Source of the DNA: Chloroflexota bacterium
Lineage (GTDB): Bacteria; Chloroflexota; Limnocylindria; Limnocylindrales; CSP1-4
Reading direction: 5' to 3'
DNA length: 64,000 nt
Assembly (NCBI GenBank): GCA_016191425.1
Contig: JACPOR010000025.1
Coordinates: 14,633 to 78,632 of the forward strand
Of this stretch, positions 45,607 through 54,725 are shown piece after piece (the first letter of the stretch is position 1; every line of letters begins with the position of its first letter). The notes under the pieces are model-generated. The model was not told the DNA's origin. It worked only from the letters and a program-made list of their open reading frames with translations, and did no database searches. Position numbers and translations under genes: made by a program.

Positions 45607-46575
45607 TCAGGCTCGTGGATGGGCGCGAGCGTACACCTCGCGGATACGTTCGCCGGTCAGATGCGTGTAGAGCTGGGTGGTGCTGATACTCGCATGACCG
45701 AGCAGCTCCTGGACGATCCGCAGGTCGGCGCCGCCCTCGAGAAGGTGCGTCGCGAACGAATGCCTGAGCGTGTGCGGGCTGACGCGGTCCGGCAGGCCCG
45801 CCGCGGCGGCCGCGCGCTTGACCGCGGCCCAGGCCTGTTGCCGGGCCCAGCGTCGACCTCGCTCGCCCATGAACAACGGACCGCCGTCGTCCGGCGAGAT
45901 CCGCGCCAGCCCGAGGAGGGCGGCTCGTGGTCCGGCGATCCATTCCCCGAGGACGCCGAGGGCGATGTCACCCACCGGGACAAGCCGCTCCTTGTCACCC
46001 TTGCCGATCACGCGGACGAAGCCGCCCTCGAAGGAGAGGTCCTCGAGGTCGAGCCCGAGCGCTTCCGTGATCCGCAACCCCGCCGCATAGAGCAGCTCGA
46101 CGAGCGCCCGGTCGCGGAGGGAACCGCGGACCGAGTGGCCGTCCGCGCCGGCGCCACCGGCATCCGCGTGCTCCGGCCCCGCGGCCTCGATCAGTCGCTC
46201 CACCTCGGCCACCGAGAGCGTCTCGGGGAGGAGGCGCGACGGCCGGGGCAGATCGAGCTGGGCGGCCACGTCGAGCCCGATCACTCCTTCGCCGTAGGCG
46301 AAGCGATAGAAGCCACGAATCGCCGCCGCGCGCCGACGCAGGCTCGTCGGGGCGAGGCCGGGATCGTTGGGCCGCCCGCGTCGAGATCGGGCCGCCAGGT
46401 ACCGCGTCGCCGCATCCGGCCCGGACGCCCAGTCCCGTTCCGTCCCGCGGGCGGACGCAAAGTCTCCGAGGTCGCTCCGGTAGGCCAGGATCGTCGCCCG
46501 GGAAACGCCGCGTTCCACGCGCAGGTAGGTCAGGTAGTCGTCGATTGCGCGATCAACCGTCGTAGGTCCGGCCAC
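45607..46575 (-). CDS. xerD: site-specific tyrosine recombinase XerD/XerC
   Basis: HTLRHSFATHLLEGGADLRIVQELLGHASISTTQLYTH catalytic box. Chromosome-maintenance context, next to recN and scpAB. Confidence 0.85.
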   Translation of the reverse strand: MAGPTTVDRAIDDYLTYLRVERGVSRATILAYRSDLGDFASARGTERDWASGPDAATRYLAARSRRGRPNDPGLAPTSLRRRAAAIRGFYRFAYGEGVIGLDVAAQLDLPRPSRLLPETLSVAEVERLIEAAGPEHADAGGAGADGHSVRGSLRDRALVELLYAAGLRITEALGLDLEDLSFEGGFVRVIGKGDKERLVPVGDIALGVLGEWIAGPRAALLGLARISPDDGGPLFMGERGRRWARQQAWAAVKRAAAAAGLPDRVSPHTLRHSFATHLLEGGADLRIVQELLGHASISTTQLYTHLTGERIREVYARAHPRA

Positions 46576-46591
46576 GATCAGCGATGACCCT

Positions 46592-48388
46592 TCAGGCGTC
46601 CACCTGCCCCGAGGCGTCCCGGGCGGACGCGGCCCGGAGCAGTTCCCCGGCCTGCGCGAGTGCGGCGGGACCTGGGCCCGAGTCGCCGGGCCCGCCGAGC
46701 ATCACCGCGAGTTCGTCGATCCTGGCTGGGCCGTCGAGCAACTCCACCTCGGTCACCGTTCGACCGTCTCGCTCCCGCTTCGAGATTCGAAGGTGGGCGT
46801 CGGCGTAGGCCGCGATCTGGGGCAGGTGCGTCACGACCAGCACCTGATGCCTCCGCGCGAGCGACCACAGGCTGCGCCCGATGGGATCGGCGCTGCGCCC
46901 TCCGATCCCCGTGTCGACCTCGTCGAAGACGAGCGTCGGCGTGTCGTCGGCCTCCGCGAGCACCTGCTTGATCGCGAGGGCGACGCGGGACAGCTCGCCG
47001 CCGGAGGCGATCCTGGCCAGGGCACGGGCCGGTTCTCCGGGGTTCGGTGCGAGCCGGTAGACCACCTCGTCCGCCCCGGAGGCGTCGAACGCGACCGCAT
47101 CGCCATCCAGCTCGATCGCAGCCTCGTCCGGACCCGCAGGGCGCCGGCCAACGGCAACCTCGAATGCGCCACTGGGGAACCCGAGGCCCTCGAGCACGGC
47201 GCCGGTCTCGGCACTCAGTTGCGCGGCCGCACGGCGACGACGTTCCCCGAGTGTTGCGGCGGCCGCCGCGACAGCCGTGAGGAGCCTGACATCGTCGACC
47301 AGCCGCCGATCCCGCTCGCCCTCGAGACCACGGAGCCCGACCACCTCCTCGGCCGCTCGTTGGCCATGGGCGATGACCGCTGCCTCGTCCTCTCCATAGC
47401 GACGCTCCAGTCCGTAGATCAGCGAGAGGCGATCCTCGAGCCCGGCCGACGTGCTCGCGTCATGGTCCACCGCCCCGAGCAACCGACGAACGTCCAGCGT
47501 CACGTCCTCGAGCTCGGCGTCGACGCCGGCGAGTCGGGCGGCGATCGCCGCGAATCGTGAATCGAACCGCTCGAGGGCTCGGGCTTCCCGGAGCGCCGTT
47601 CCGAGGATGGCGCGCGCCGAAGCCTCGTCAGCGTCGAGCAGGACCCGGAGGCCCTCTCCGCCCGTGGAGATCGCCGCGCCCTGTCGGGCGGCCGCGAGTC
47701 GCGCCCGGAGCTCGCCGGCCTCGCCGGGTCGCAGCCTCGCCGCTGCAATCTCCGCCGCTTCATGCTCGAGAAGCTCGAGCCGGCGGGCGAGTTCCCGGGG
47801 TTCGATGGCCAACACTGCCAGCCGAGCCCGGTTCTCGCGCCAGGCCGCGACGGCTTCCAGCATCGTTGTCCGGGCGTCGGCATTGTCGCCGTATGCATCG
47901 AGCAGGTCACGCTGCCATCGCTCATCGAGGAGTCGGCCCTGGTCATGCTGGCCGTGGACTTCCACGAGTCTGCCGGCGACATCGGCCAGGCGTGTGCCCG
48001 TGACCGCCTCATCGTCCATCCGCGCCGTCGATCGTCCCGCGGCCGTGACCTCGCGTACGACGATCATCGGTTCCGGATGGCGATCGAACAGTGCCTCGAC
48101 GCGGGCCGACGACGCGCCATGACGCACGAGCGACACGTCAGCCCGTGCCCCGAGCGCCAGGCCGAGTGCATCGATCAGCAGGCTCTTGCCGGCGCCTGTC
48201 TCACCGGTCAGCACGTTCAGGCCGGGGTCCAGTCGGAGCCGAAGCTGATCGATCAGCCCGAGGTCGGTCACCGAGAGCTCGAGCAGCGGGCCGACGCGGC
48301 CGCCCGGCAAGTCGGCCGGTTCAGCCTGGGTCGCCGGCCCGGCCAATTCGTCATCTCCGTGCCGGGCGGCCTCGGGCACCATCGTCAT
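46592..48388 (-). CDS. recN: DNA repair protein RecN
   Basis: LTGETGAGKSLLIDAL Walker A, a long coiled-coil, and SGGELSRVALAIK plus LVFDEVDTGIGG. ATG at 48388 lies just after the nadK stop. Confidence 0.9.
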   Translation of the reverse strand: MTMVPEAARHGDDELAGPATQAEPADLPGGRVGPLLELSVTDLGLIDQLRLRLDPGLNVLTGETGAGKSLLIDALGLALGARADVSLVRHGASSARVEALFDRHPEPMIVVREVTAAGRSTARMDDEAVTGTRLADVAGRLVEVHGQHDQGRLLDERWQRDLLDAYGDNADARTTMLEAVAAWRENRARLAVLAIEPRELARRLELLEHEAAEIAAARLRPGEAGELRARLAAARQGAAISTGGEGLRVLLDADEASARAILGTALREARALERFDSRFAAIAARLAGVDAELEDVTLDVRRLLGAVDHDASTSAGLEDRLSLIYGLERRYGEDEAAVIAHGQRAAEEVVGLRGLEGERDRRLVDDVRLLTAVAAAAATLGERRRRAAAQLSAETGAVLEGLGFPSGAFEVAVGRRPAGPDEAAIELDGDAVAFDASGADEVVYRLAPNPGEPARALARIASGGELSRVALAIKQVLAEADDTPTLVFDEVDTGIGGRSADPIGRSLWSLARRHQVLVVTHLPQIAAYADAHLRISKRERDGRTVTEVELLDGPARIDELAVMLGGPGDSGPGPAALAQAGELLRAASARDASGQVDA

Positions 48389-48395
48389 CTCGTCC

Positions 48396-49250
48396 TCAAG
48401 AGGGCAGCAGCTCGACCTTCTTCCGCAGGAGATCCCAGAACGGCAGGGCACCATGCGGCTGGACCAGGCGGATCGGGCGATCGAGCGCACGCACCTCCAC
48501 GACATCGCCCACGGCGATCGCCACGTCCTCACGTCCATCGATGGAGACCACCGCCTCGTGCGCGTCCGTCACGCGGCAGCGGACGACCACCGACGGGCCG
48601 ACCACCACCGAGCGGATCGTGGTCAGGTATGCCGCGATCGGCGTCACGATGAGGTTCCGGGCAGTCGGATCGAGGATCGGCCCGCCGGCCGAGAACGAGT
48701 ACCCGGTCGAACCGGTGGGGCTTGCCACCACGAGGCCGTCGGCGATGTACGTGGCGAGGTGGCTGTCGTCAAGCCGGACGTCAAGCCGGACCACGCGGGC
48801 CAGGGAACCGCGGGCCACGACGACATCATTGAGGGCCACGTGGCGCTCGGGTGTCTCATCGAACCCGCCGCGCAGGATCCGACCCTCGAGGGCCATGCGA
48901 TGTTCGAGCGTGTAGGCCCCGCCGTGCAGTCGATCCAGGACCGGAATGAGATCGGCCGCCTCCACCTTCGAGAGGAAGCCCATCTTGCCGACGTTGATGC
49001 CCAGCAGTGGCACGTCGATGACGGCGACGGAACGAGCAGCCCGCAGGAACGTGCCGTCGCCACCGAGGACCACGAGCAGGTCGGTCCCGGGAAGTTCCTT
49101 CTCCATGAGGTCGTGATCCGCTGCCGCCGCGATCCAGTGGTCCAGGTGGCGCATCGCGGCCCAGCCGGTCGCACGCTCCCGCAGCTCGACGGCCGCATCG
49201 CTCGTGGGGTTGTAGGCGAAGCCGATCCGGGCCATAGCGTCGTCGGTCAT
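48396..49250 (-). CDS. nadK: NAD kinase
   Basis: LGGDGTFL, NVGKMGFL and SPTGSTGYSFSAGGP motifs. Confidence 0.9.
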   Translation of the reverse strand: MTDDAMARIGFAYNPTSDAAVELRERATGWAAMRHLDHWIAAAADHDLMEKELPGTDLLVVLGGDGTFLRAARSVAVIDVPLLGINVGKMGFLSKVEAADLIPVLDRLHGGAYTLEHRMALEGRILRGGFDETPERHVALNDVVVARGSLARVVRLDVRLDDSHLATYIADGLVVASPTGSTGYSFSAGGPILDPTARNLIVTPIAAYLTTIRSVVVGPSVVVRCRVTDAHEAVVSIDGREDVAIAVGDVVEVRALDRPIRLVQPHGALPFWDLLRKKVELLPS

Positions 49251-50155
49251 GGTGCGACCTCAACCGTGATGTCGGCAATCCGGGCCGGGAGTCCGGCATT
49301 TCCGGCCACCTCCGAGTCGACGTCCGAGGCATCCTGGTCCGGAACCCGCAGGTGAAGGAGGAACTCCCGGTTACCCTCCGGGCCGAGGATCGGGGACGCG
49401 ATCGCGTCGAGCGCGACAAGGCCAAGATCGCCGGCCGCCGCGACGATGCGCTCGACGGTCGCCCGATGGACCGTGGGGTCGCGGACGACCCCTCCGGGAA
49501 CCTGTCCGCGACCGGCTTCGAACTGCGGCTTGACAAGCGCCACGATGCTCCCGCCGGCCCGTCCGAACGCGGACGCAACAGGCCCGAGCACCAGGCGCAG
49601 TGAGATGAACGAGACGTCGATCGTGGCCAGGGTCACCGCTTCCGGGAGCGTGGCGGAGCTGATCGCGCGCGCGTTCGTCCGTTCCATCGAGACGACCCGC
49701 GGGTCTCGCCGCAGGGACTCGGCCAGCTGCCCTCGCCCCACATCCAGGGCATAGACCCGGGACGCCCCGCGCTGGAGGAGGAGGTCCGTGAACCCGCCGG
49801 TCGAGGCCCCGACGTCGAGGCAGACGGCGTTGCGCGGGTCGATCGAGAAGGCATCGAGCGCGGCTGCGAGCTTGTGACCGCCCCGGCTCACGAACCGGTC
49901 TCGCTCGATGAGGGCCAGTTCCAGGGTCGGGTCCACGAGGTCTCCCGCCTTCCGGTCCAGGCGCCCGGCGTCACCGGCACCGGCCCTGACCTTGCCGCCG
50001 AGGATCAACGCCTGGGCGCGGGTCCGCGATGGCGCGAGTCCACGGTCGACGACGAGCTGGTCCAGGCGGATCCGTGCGGGCCTGGGAGCCGCCGACCGAT
50101 CGCCGGTGGAGGAAGAGGCGTTCACGCGACTATCGTGGCACAGCGGGCTCACCAC
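49247..50155 (-). CDS. tlyA: TlyA family rRNA (cytidine-2'-O)-methyltransferase
   Basis: S4-like RLDQLVVDRGLAPSRTRAQ and the SAM motif LDVGASTGGFTD. The start is uncertain; an alternative GTG lies at 50125. Confidence 0.85.
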   Translation of the reverse strand: MVSPLCHDSRVNASSSTGDRSAAPRPARIRLDQLVVDRGLAPSRTRAQALILGGKVRAGAGDAGRLDRKAGDLVDPTLELALIERDRFVSRGGHKLAAALDAFSIDPRNAVCLDVGASTGGFTDLLLQRGASRVYALDVGRGQLAESLRRDPRVVSMERTNARAISSATLPEAVTLATIDVSFISLRLVLGPVASAFGRAGGSIVALVKPQFEAGRGQVPGGVVRDPTVHRATVERIVAAAGDLGLVALDAIASPILGPEGNREFLLHLRVPDQDASDVDSEVAGNAGLPARIADITVEVAP

Positions 50156-50170
50156 GGGCTCACAGGTCCG

Positions 50171-52207
50171 TCAGACCGGATCCGGAGCGACCTCCGTCCG
50201 GTCCGGCGCGACGCCGATCAACCGAAGGGTGTCGCGGACCTGGCCCTCGAGGCCGGCAGCGTCGAGTTTCAGGACGCGGCGCAGATCCCCGACGGCCCCG
50301 TGATCCACGAATCGATCCGCCGGGATGCCGATGATCCGGACCGGAATTCCCCGATACACCGGATCGGTCAGGCGGGCCTCCTCGATGGCCTCCAGGACGG
50401 CTCCCCCGAAGCCGCCGGTCACGACGCTCTCCTCGAAGGTGACCACGAGGCGCTTGCCGCGGGCCTGGTCCAGGATCAGTTGCCGATCGAGCGGCTTCGC
50501 AAACCGGGCGTTGATGGCGCCGACCGACCACCCATCACGCTCGAGGGCCATCGCAGCATCGAGCATCCGCATGACGATGGGCCCGAAACCGACGAAGAGG
50601 ATGTCCCTGCCCTCCTTGAGGACTTCGGCCTGGCCCACCGGGATGGCCGCGGGTTCGACGGCAGGGAGCCCGAGCCCGGGGTCGCGCGGGTAGTGCAGGG
50701 CGAACGGGTGCTCCTGCGTCAACGCCGTCCGCAGGAGGCCGCGGAGCTCCTGCTCGTCCCTGGGACTCGCGACGACGAGGTAGGGCAGCTGGAGCTGAGC
50801 CGGAATCGTGAACATGCCCTGATGGGACGTGCCGTCCTCGCCCACGAGCCCCGCCCGATCAACCGCGAGGATGACCGGCAGGTCGTTCTGGCAGACGTCG
50901 TGGACCGTCTGGTCGAACGCTCGCTGGAGAAACGTGGAGTAAAGGGCGACCACGGGTCGCAAGCCCCCGAGGGCCAGTCCGGCCGCCATCGTCACGGCGT
51001 GCTGTTCGGCGATCCCCACGTCGATCGTGCGCTCGGGGTAGGCCGCCTGGAATCGGGCCATGCCGGTCCCGGTGGGCATGCCCGCCGTGATGCCGACGAT
51101 CCGGCGATCGTCGGCGGCGAGGGCCACCAACTCCTCCGCGAAGACCGCGGTGTAGTTCGGATGCTTCTTCGCGGCGCCCGGAGGGGCAACCGGCGGCACG
51201 GCATCACCGTTGGACCCTGATTCGTGCGGCGTCGATGCACGCCTCAAGGGGGTGGACGTTCCCGGGTCGTGAGCGTCCGCGTTCGGCGCCAAATCCATCG
51301 GCGGCAGCGCCGCCCCGTGGAACGAGACCTGGTCGGCTTCGGCGGGACGATAGCCCCGGCCCTTCTGGGTGCGGACGTGGACGAGGACGGGGCCCTTGAG
51401 CTCGAGGACCCGACCGAACGTGTCGAGCAGCGCGTGGAGATCGTGACCCGGTACCACACCGATGTAGGAGACCCCCAGGTCCTCGAACAGCTGCCCGGGT
51501 GAGGCGAGGTTCACGACCGATCGACGAAGGCGCTGGCTCCATTCCAGGGCGCTGCCTCCGACCAGCGGCAACTTCTCCACCAGCTTGTCGTAGGCCGTCT
51601 TGCTCTGCTGCCAGGCGACGCTCAGCTTGATCTTCGAGAGGTACGTCGAGAAGGCACCGACCGTCGGGCTGATCGACATCTCGTTGTCGTTGAGGACGAT
51701 GAGGAGCTGGGTGCCCTTGTGCCCGATGTCGTTCAGGGCCTCGAGGGAAAGCCCCGTCATCAGGGCCGCGTCGCCGACGACCACGGCAATCCGTTCGAGG
51801 CCATGTCGAAGATCCCGCGCGGTGGCCAGGCCCTGGGCGATGGAGAGGCCGGTGCCCGCATGACCGCCATCGAAGACGTCGTGCTCACTCTCCGAACGGC
51901 GCGGGAACCCTCCAAGCCCGTCGAGCTGGCGCAGGGTGTCGAACCGGTCGAGACGCCCGGTGAGGAGCTTGTGGGCGTAGGCCTGGTGGCCGGTATCCCA
52001 GACGATCTTGTCCCGGGGCGACTCGAGCAGCCGGTGCAGCGCGATGGTCAGCTCCACGACGCCGAGCGACGAACCGAGGTGGCCCCCCGTCTCGGCGACG
52101 GTGGCGATGATGGTCGCCCGCATCTCCGCCGCAAGCCCGGCCAGCTGGCCCTCATCGAGGCCACGGAGGTCGGCCGGCCCCTGAAGGCGCTTCAGCGTTG
52201 AACTCAC
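50171..52207 (-). CDS. dxs: 1-deoxy-D-xylulose-5-phosphate synthase
   Basis: GHLGSSLGVVELT, GDAALMTG, GIAEQHAVT and DGTSHQG motifs. The start is placed at GTG 52207; the ORF track extends to 52315. Confidence 0.9.
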   Translation of the reverse strand: MSSTLKRLQGPADLRGLDEGQLAGLAAEMRATIIATVAETGGHLGSSLGVVELTIALHRLLESPRDKIVWDTGHQAYAHKLLTGRLDRFDTLRQLDGLGGFPRRSESEHDVFDGGHAGTGLSIAQGLATARDLRHGLERIAVVVGDAALMTGLSLEALNDIGHKGTQLLIVLNDNEMSISPTVGAFSTYLSKIKLSVAWQQSKTAYDKLVEKLPLVGGSALEWSQRLRRSVVNLASPGQLFEDLGVSYIGVVPGHDLHALLDTFGRVLELKGPVLVHVRTQKGRGYRPAEADQVSFHGAALPPMDLAPNADAHDPGTSTPLRRASTPHESGSNGDAVPPVAPPGAAKKHPNYTAVFAEELVALAADDRRIVGITAGMPTGTGMARFQAAYPERTIDVGIAEQHAVTMAAGLALGGLRPVVALYSTFLQRAFDQTVHDVCQNDLPVILAVDRAGLVGEDGTSHQGMFTIPAQLQLPYLVVASPRDEQELRGLLRTALTQEHPFALHYPRDPGLGLPAVEPAAIPVGQAEVLKEGRDILFVGFGPIVMRMLDAAMALERDGWSVGAINARFAKPLDRQLILDQARGKRLVVTFEESVVTGGFGGAVLEAIEEARLTDPVYRGIPVRIIGIPADRFVDHGAVGDLRRVLKLDAAGLEGQVRDTLRLIGVAPDRTEVAPDPV

Positions 52208-52389
52208 GGTTGTCCTGCTTCTCCGATTGCGATTGTCGCCGGGTGGTCCGGAACGGTCGGGGGCAGTAATGTGATACCACGAACGCGCATGTTTCACCAT
52301 CGTGCCCCGGTGCACTATCGGGCTGGCGCCTGGCGGGCCGGCGCCCGTGGGCTGGCCCGTGGCCCGCTCGGCCGCTGTCTTGTGGGAGC

Positions 52390-52671
52390 CTACTCGGAGT
52401 CGACGGCTTCGTCCGGGCGGACGTCGATCGCCGTGAGCGCTCCGCCCGCTCGCATCACGAGCTGCTGCACCTTGAGCTCAGCCTCTGCAAGGAGGCCGGC
52501 GCAACGCTCGTGGAGCGCCACCCCTCGCTCATACAGGGCGATCGAGCGCTCGAGCGGAAGGCCTCCCGTCTCGAGTTCCGCGACAGCCCGCTGGAGTTCG
52601 GCCAGCGCGTCATCAAAGGTCAGGCGGTCGATCGGGGTCTCAGTCGTTCCGGGCACCGGGGTCCTCATCAT
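52390..52671 (-). CDS. xseB: exodeoxyribonuclease VII small subunit
   Basis: FDDALAELQRAVAELETGGLPLERSIALYERGVALHERC. The start is at ATG 52671. Confidence 0.85.
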   Translation of the reverse strand: MMRTPVPGTTETPIDRLTFDDALAELQRAVAELETGGLPLERSIALYERGVALHERCAGLLAEAELKVQQLVMRAGGALTAIDVRPDEAVDSE

Positions 52672-52780
52672 CGGGATCGGCGAGCCGCGATATTCGCGGA
52701 GCCAGGTAGAAGATACCCAACCCGACCCCAACCGATGCAGCGACGAACGCGAGCATGACAACGACGAGGATCTCGCCCAT
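52640..52780 (-). CDS. candidate 46-aa small membrane protein between xseA and xseB
   Basis: ATG at 52780. MGEILVVVMLAFVAASVGVGLGIFYLAPRISRLADPDDEDPGARND gives one clean TM helix and an acidic tail. Overlaps the xseB start in another frame. Below the ORF-track length cutoff. Confidence 0.2.
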   Translation of the reverse strand: MGEILVVVMLAFVAASVGVGLGIFYLAPRISRLADPDDEDPGARND

Positions 52781-52788
52781 ACCGGACG

Positions 52789-54258
52789 TCAGCCATCTCG
52801 CGCGAGATCGGGCACCGGCGCGAGAGCGGGCACGGGCGCGAGATCGGGCACCGGCGCGAGAGCGGGCACGGGCGCGAGATCGGGCACGGGCGGCCCGTCG
52901 CGTGAAGCCCCGGCAACGGCCGGGAATTCGCCACGAGCAACGCGAATGGCAAGGGCCGTCCCGCGACGGGCCTGGATCGGATCGCGGACGACCGCGCCGT
53001 CCTCGCGGCGCCGGACGATGGCGTAGCCGCGTTCGAGAGTGGCCTCCGGCCCGAGCGATCGAAGTGCCGCGGCCGCCGTCGAGAGCTGGCCTGCGCTCCA
53101 GGTCAGGCGTTGCCCGACGAGTGCCGGCAGGCGCTCGGCAGAGCGCTCGTCGACGCGACGTCCTTCCGCGATTCGGCCTTGTACGGCCCGCGTTCCTCGA
53201 TCCAGGAGCTCTCCGGCCCGCTCGCGGGACGCGGCCAGGCGCGCCGCCGGGTGGAGTCGCTCGAGAAGCCGCCGTTCACCGCTGACATCGCGGGTCGCCT
53301 CGACGATGGCGCGAGCCGCGGCAACCCGCATCCGCTCGGAACCCCGTCCCAGCGACGCGGCGAAGTCGGTCCGGTTCGGGACGACGAGCTCAGCTGCCGC
53401 CGAGGGCGTCGGCGCCCGGAGGTCGGCCGCGAAGTCGGACAGGGTTACATCGACCTCGTGACCGATCCCGGAGATCACGGGCAGGGGATGGCTCACGATC
53501 GCGCGGACGACGCGCTCGTCATTGAATGACCAGAGATCCTCCATGGAGCCGCCACCGCGGGCCAGGATCGTGACGGCGGGTGCCTCGATGGCGCGGTCGT
53601 CATGCCGGAGCTGCTCGACGTGGCGTTCGAGCCGCCGAAATGCACCGAGGATGCTCTGGGCACTCCCCTCCCCCTGGACCTTGCAGGCGACCAGGAGGAC
53701 GCTCGCAAGGGGCCAGCGCCGTCCGAGCACCTGGCAGATGTCCTTCCAGACGGCGCCCGTCGGCGAGGTGATCACCGCCACGACCGCCGGGCGCGACGGC
53801 AACGGGCGCTTTCGGGCCTGGTCGAAGAGGCCCTCGGCAGATAGCCGCGCCTTGAGTTGCTCGAACTGGATCGCCAGGTCGCCGACGCCGGATGGCTGCA
53901 GCGACCCGACGTAGAACTGCAGGGCACCCTGCGGTTCGTAGAGATCCATGCGGCCCTGGGTCACGACGCGCAGGCCGGTCTGGGGCTGGAACGGGCTCCT
54001 CAACCGGTCGTCGCGGAACCACACGCACTGGAGCTGTGACTTGTCGTCCTTGAGCGTGAAGTAGGCGTGCCCGGCCGTCGATATCGTGACGCGGCCGACC
54101 TCGCCCTCGATCCACAGGTCGCGGAGTCGATCATCCGAACGGACGAGCGTCGCAACGACCCGGGTCGCTTCGGTGACGGCCAGAATTCGCGGCCCGGACG
54201 CGCCCGGACCCGCAGGCGTGGTCAGCTCGTCCTCCTCTCGTGATGGCGGGCGCATCAT
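52789..54258 (-). CDS. xseA: exodeoxyribonuclease VII large subunit
   Basis: OB-fold N-terminus (WIEGEVGRVTISTAGHAYFTLKD), GRGGGSMEDLWSFNDE, and a long helical C-terminus. The start is at ATG 54258. Pro/Ala repeat tail. Confidence 0.9.
   Translation of the reverse strand: MMRPPSREEDELTTPAGPGASGPRILAVTEATRVVATLVRSDDRLRDLWIEGEVGRVTISTAGHAYFTLKDDKSQLQCVWFRDDRLRSPFQPQTGLRVVTQGRMDLYEPQGALQFYVGSLQPSGVGDLAIQFEQLKARLSAEGLFDQARKRPLPSRPAVVAVITSPTGAVWKDICQVLGRRWPLASVLLVACKVQGEGSAQSILGAFRRLERHVEQLRHDDRAIEAPAVTILARGGGSMEDLWSFNDERVVRAIVSHPLPVISGIGHEVDVTLSDFAADLRAPTPSAAAELVVPNRTDFAASLGRGSERMRVAAARAIVEATRDVSGERRLLERLHPAARLAASRERAGELLDRGTRAVQGRIAEGRRVDERSAERLPALVGQRLTWSAGQLSTAAAALRSLGPEATLERGYAIVRRREDGAVVRDPIQARRGTALAIRVARGEFPAVAGASRDGPPVPDLAPVPALAPVPDLAPVPALAPVPDLARDG
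52800..52889. repeat. 18/36-bp tandem repeat (about 5 x 18 bp) in xseA 3-prime tail
   Basis: gcgcgaga(t/g)cgggcac(c/g)g units are repeated. Encode PVPDLAPVPALA repeats. Confidence 0.9.
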
Positions 54259-54725
54259 ATGACCCCGATACCCTGGTACTCGACCCAGGGCTGACCCGCG
54301 AAGCCCAGGAGGCGGAGTGCGTGTCGGGAACGTAGTTTCCTGCCTCGGCCTCGAAGTGCCCGGTCGCGCGGTCGCCGTCAGCTGATGCATCCGATCACCG
54401 GTCAAAGCCTTCGGTTCCCACTCACCGTTTCCGGCCGGAGGTGGGGGCAGGACACCAGCATCAACGGTCATCTGCCTGATGGCCGCGGGTCGGTCTCCCC
54501 CGGGCAGGACAGTACCATCATCGGCCTCCGCAGCGATCTCTATCAGGCGGAGATCCCGAGGCTACCGGGAGGAGGGATGCCTCTCGCTCAAGAGACGAGC
54601 ACGGCGGTGTGGCCATTGAAATTGTCCGCGGAGGTGGAACTTCCGCCGCGCCCCTCCATCGGATCACGAGTGACGTTCTCGGCCTCCGGCGTGGCCGGGG
54701 GGCCGGCGGTCGAGTCCGCGAGGCG

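Noticed and set aside
45607-46575. The tyrosine recombinase as a marker of a mobile element
   Set aside because: Its sequence and position among scpAB, recN and nadK fit chromosomal dimer-resolution XerD/XerC. No flanking att repeats, phage or transposon genes are present.
54500-54570. Fluoride (crcB-motif) riboswitch-like string CCGCCTGATAGAG...GCCGATGATGG on the minus strand
   Set aside because: Only the short CCGCC and GATGATG words match. The required pseudoknot pairing and spacing are not evident, and the downstream gene (xseA) is not a fluoride-response gene.
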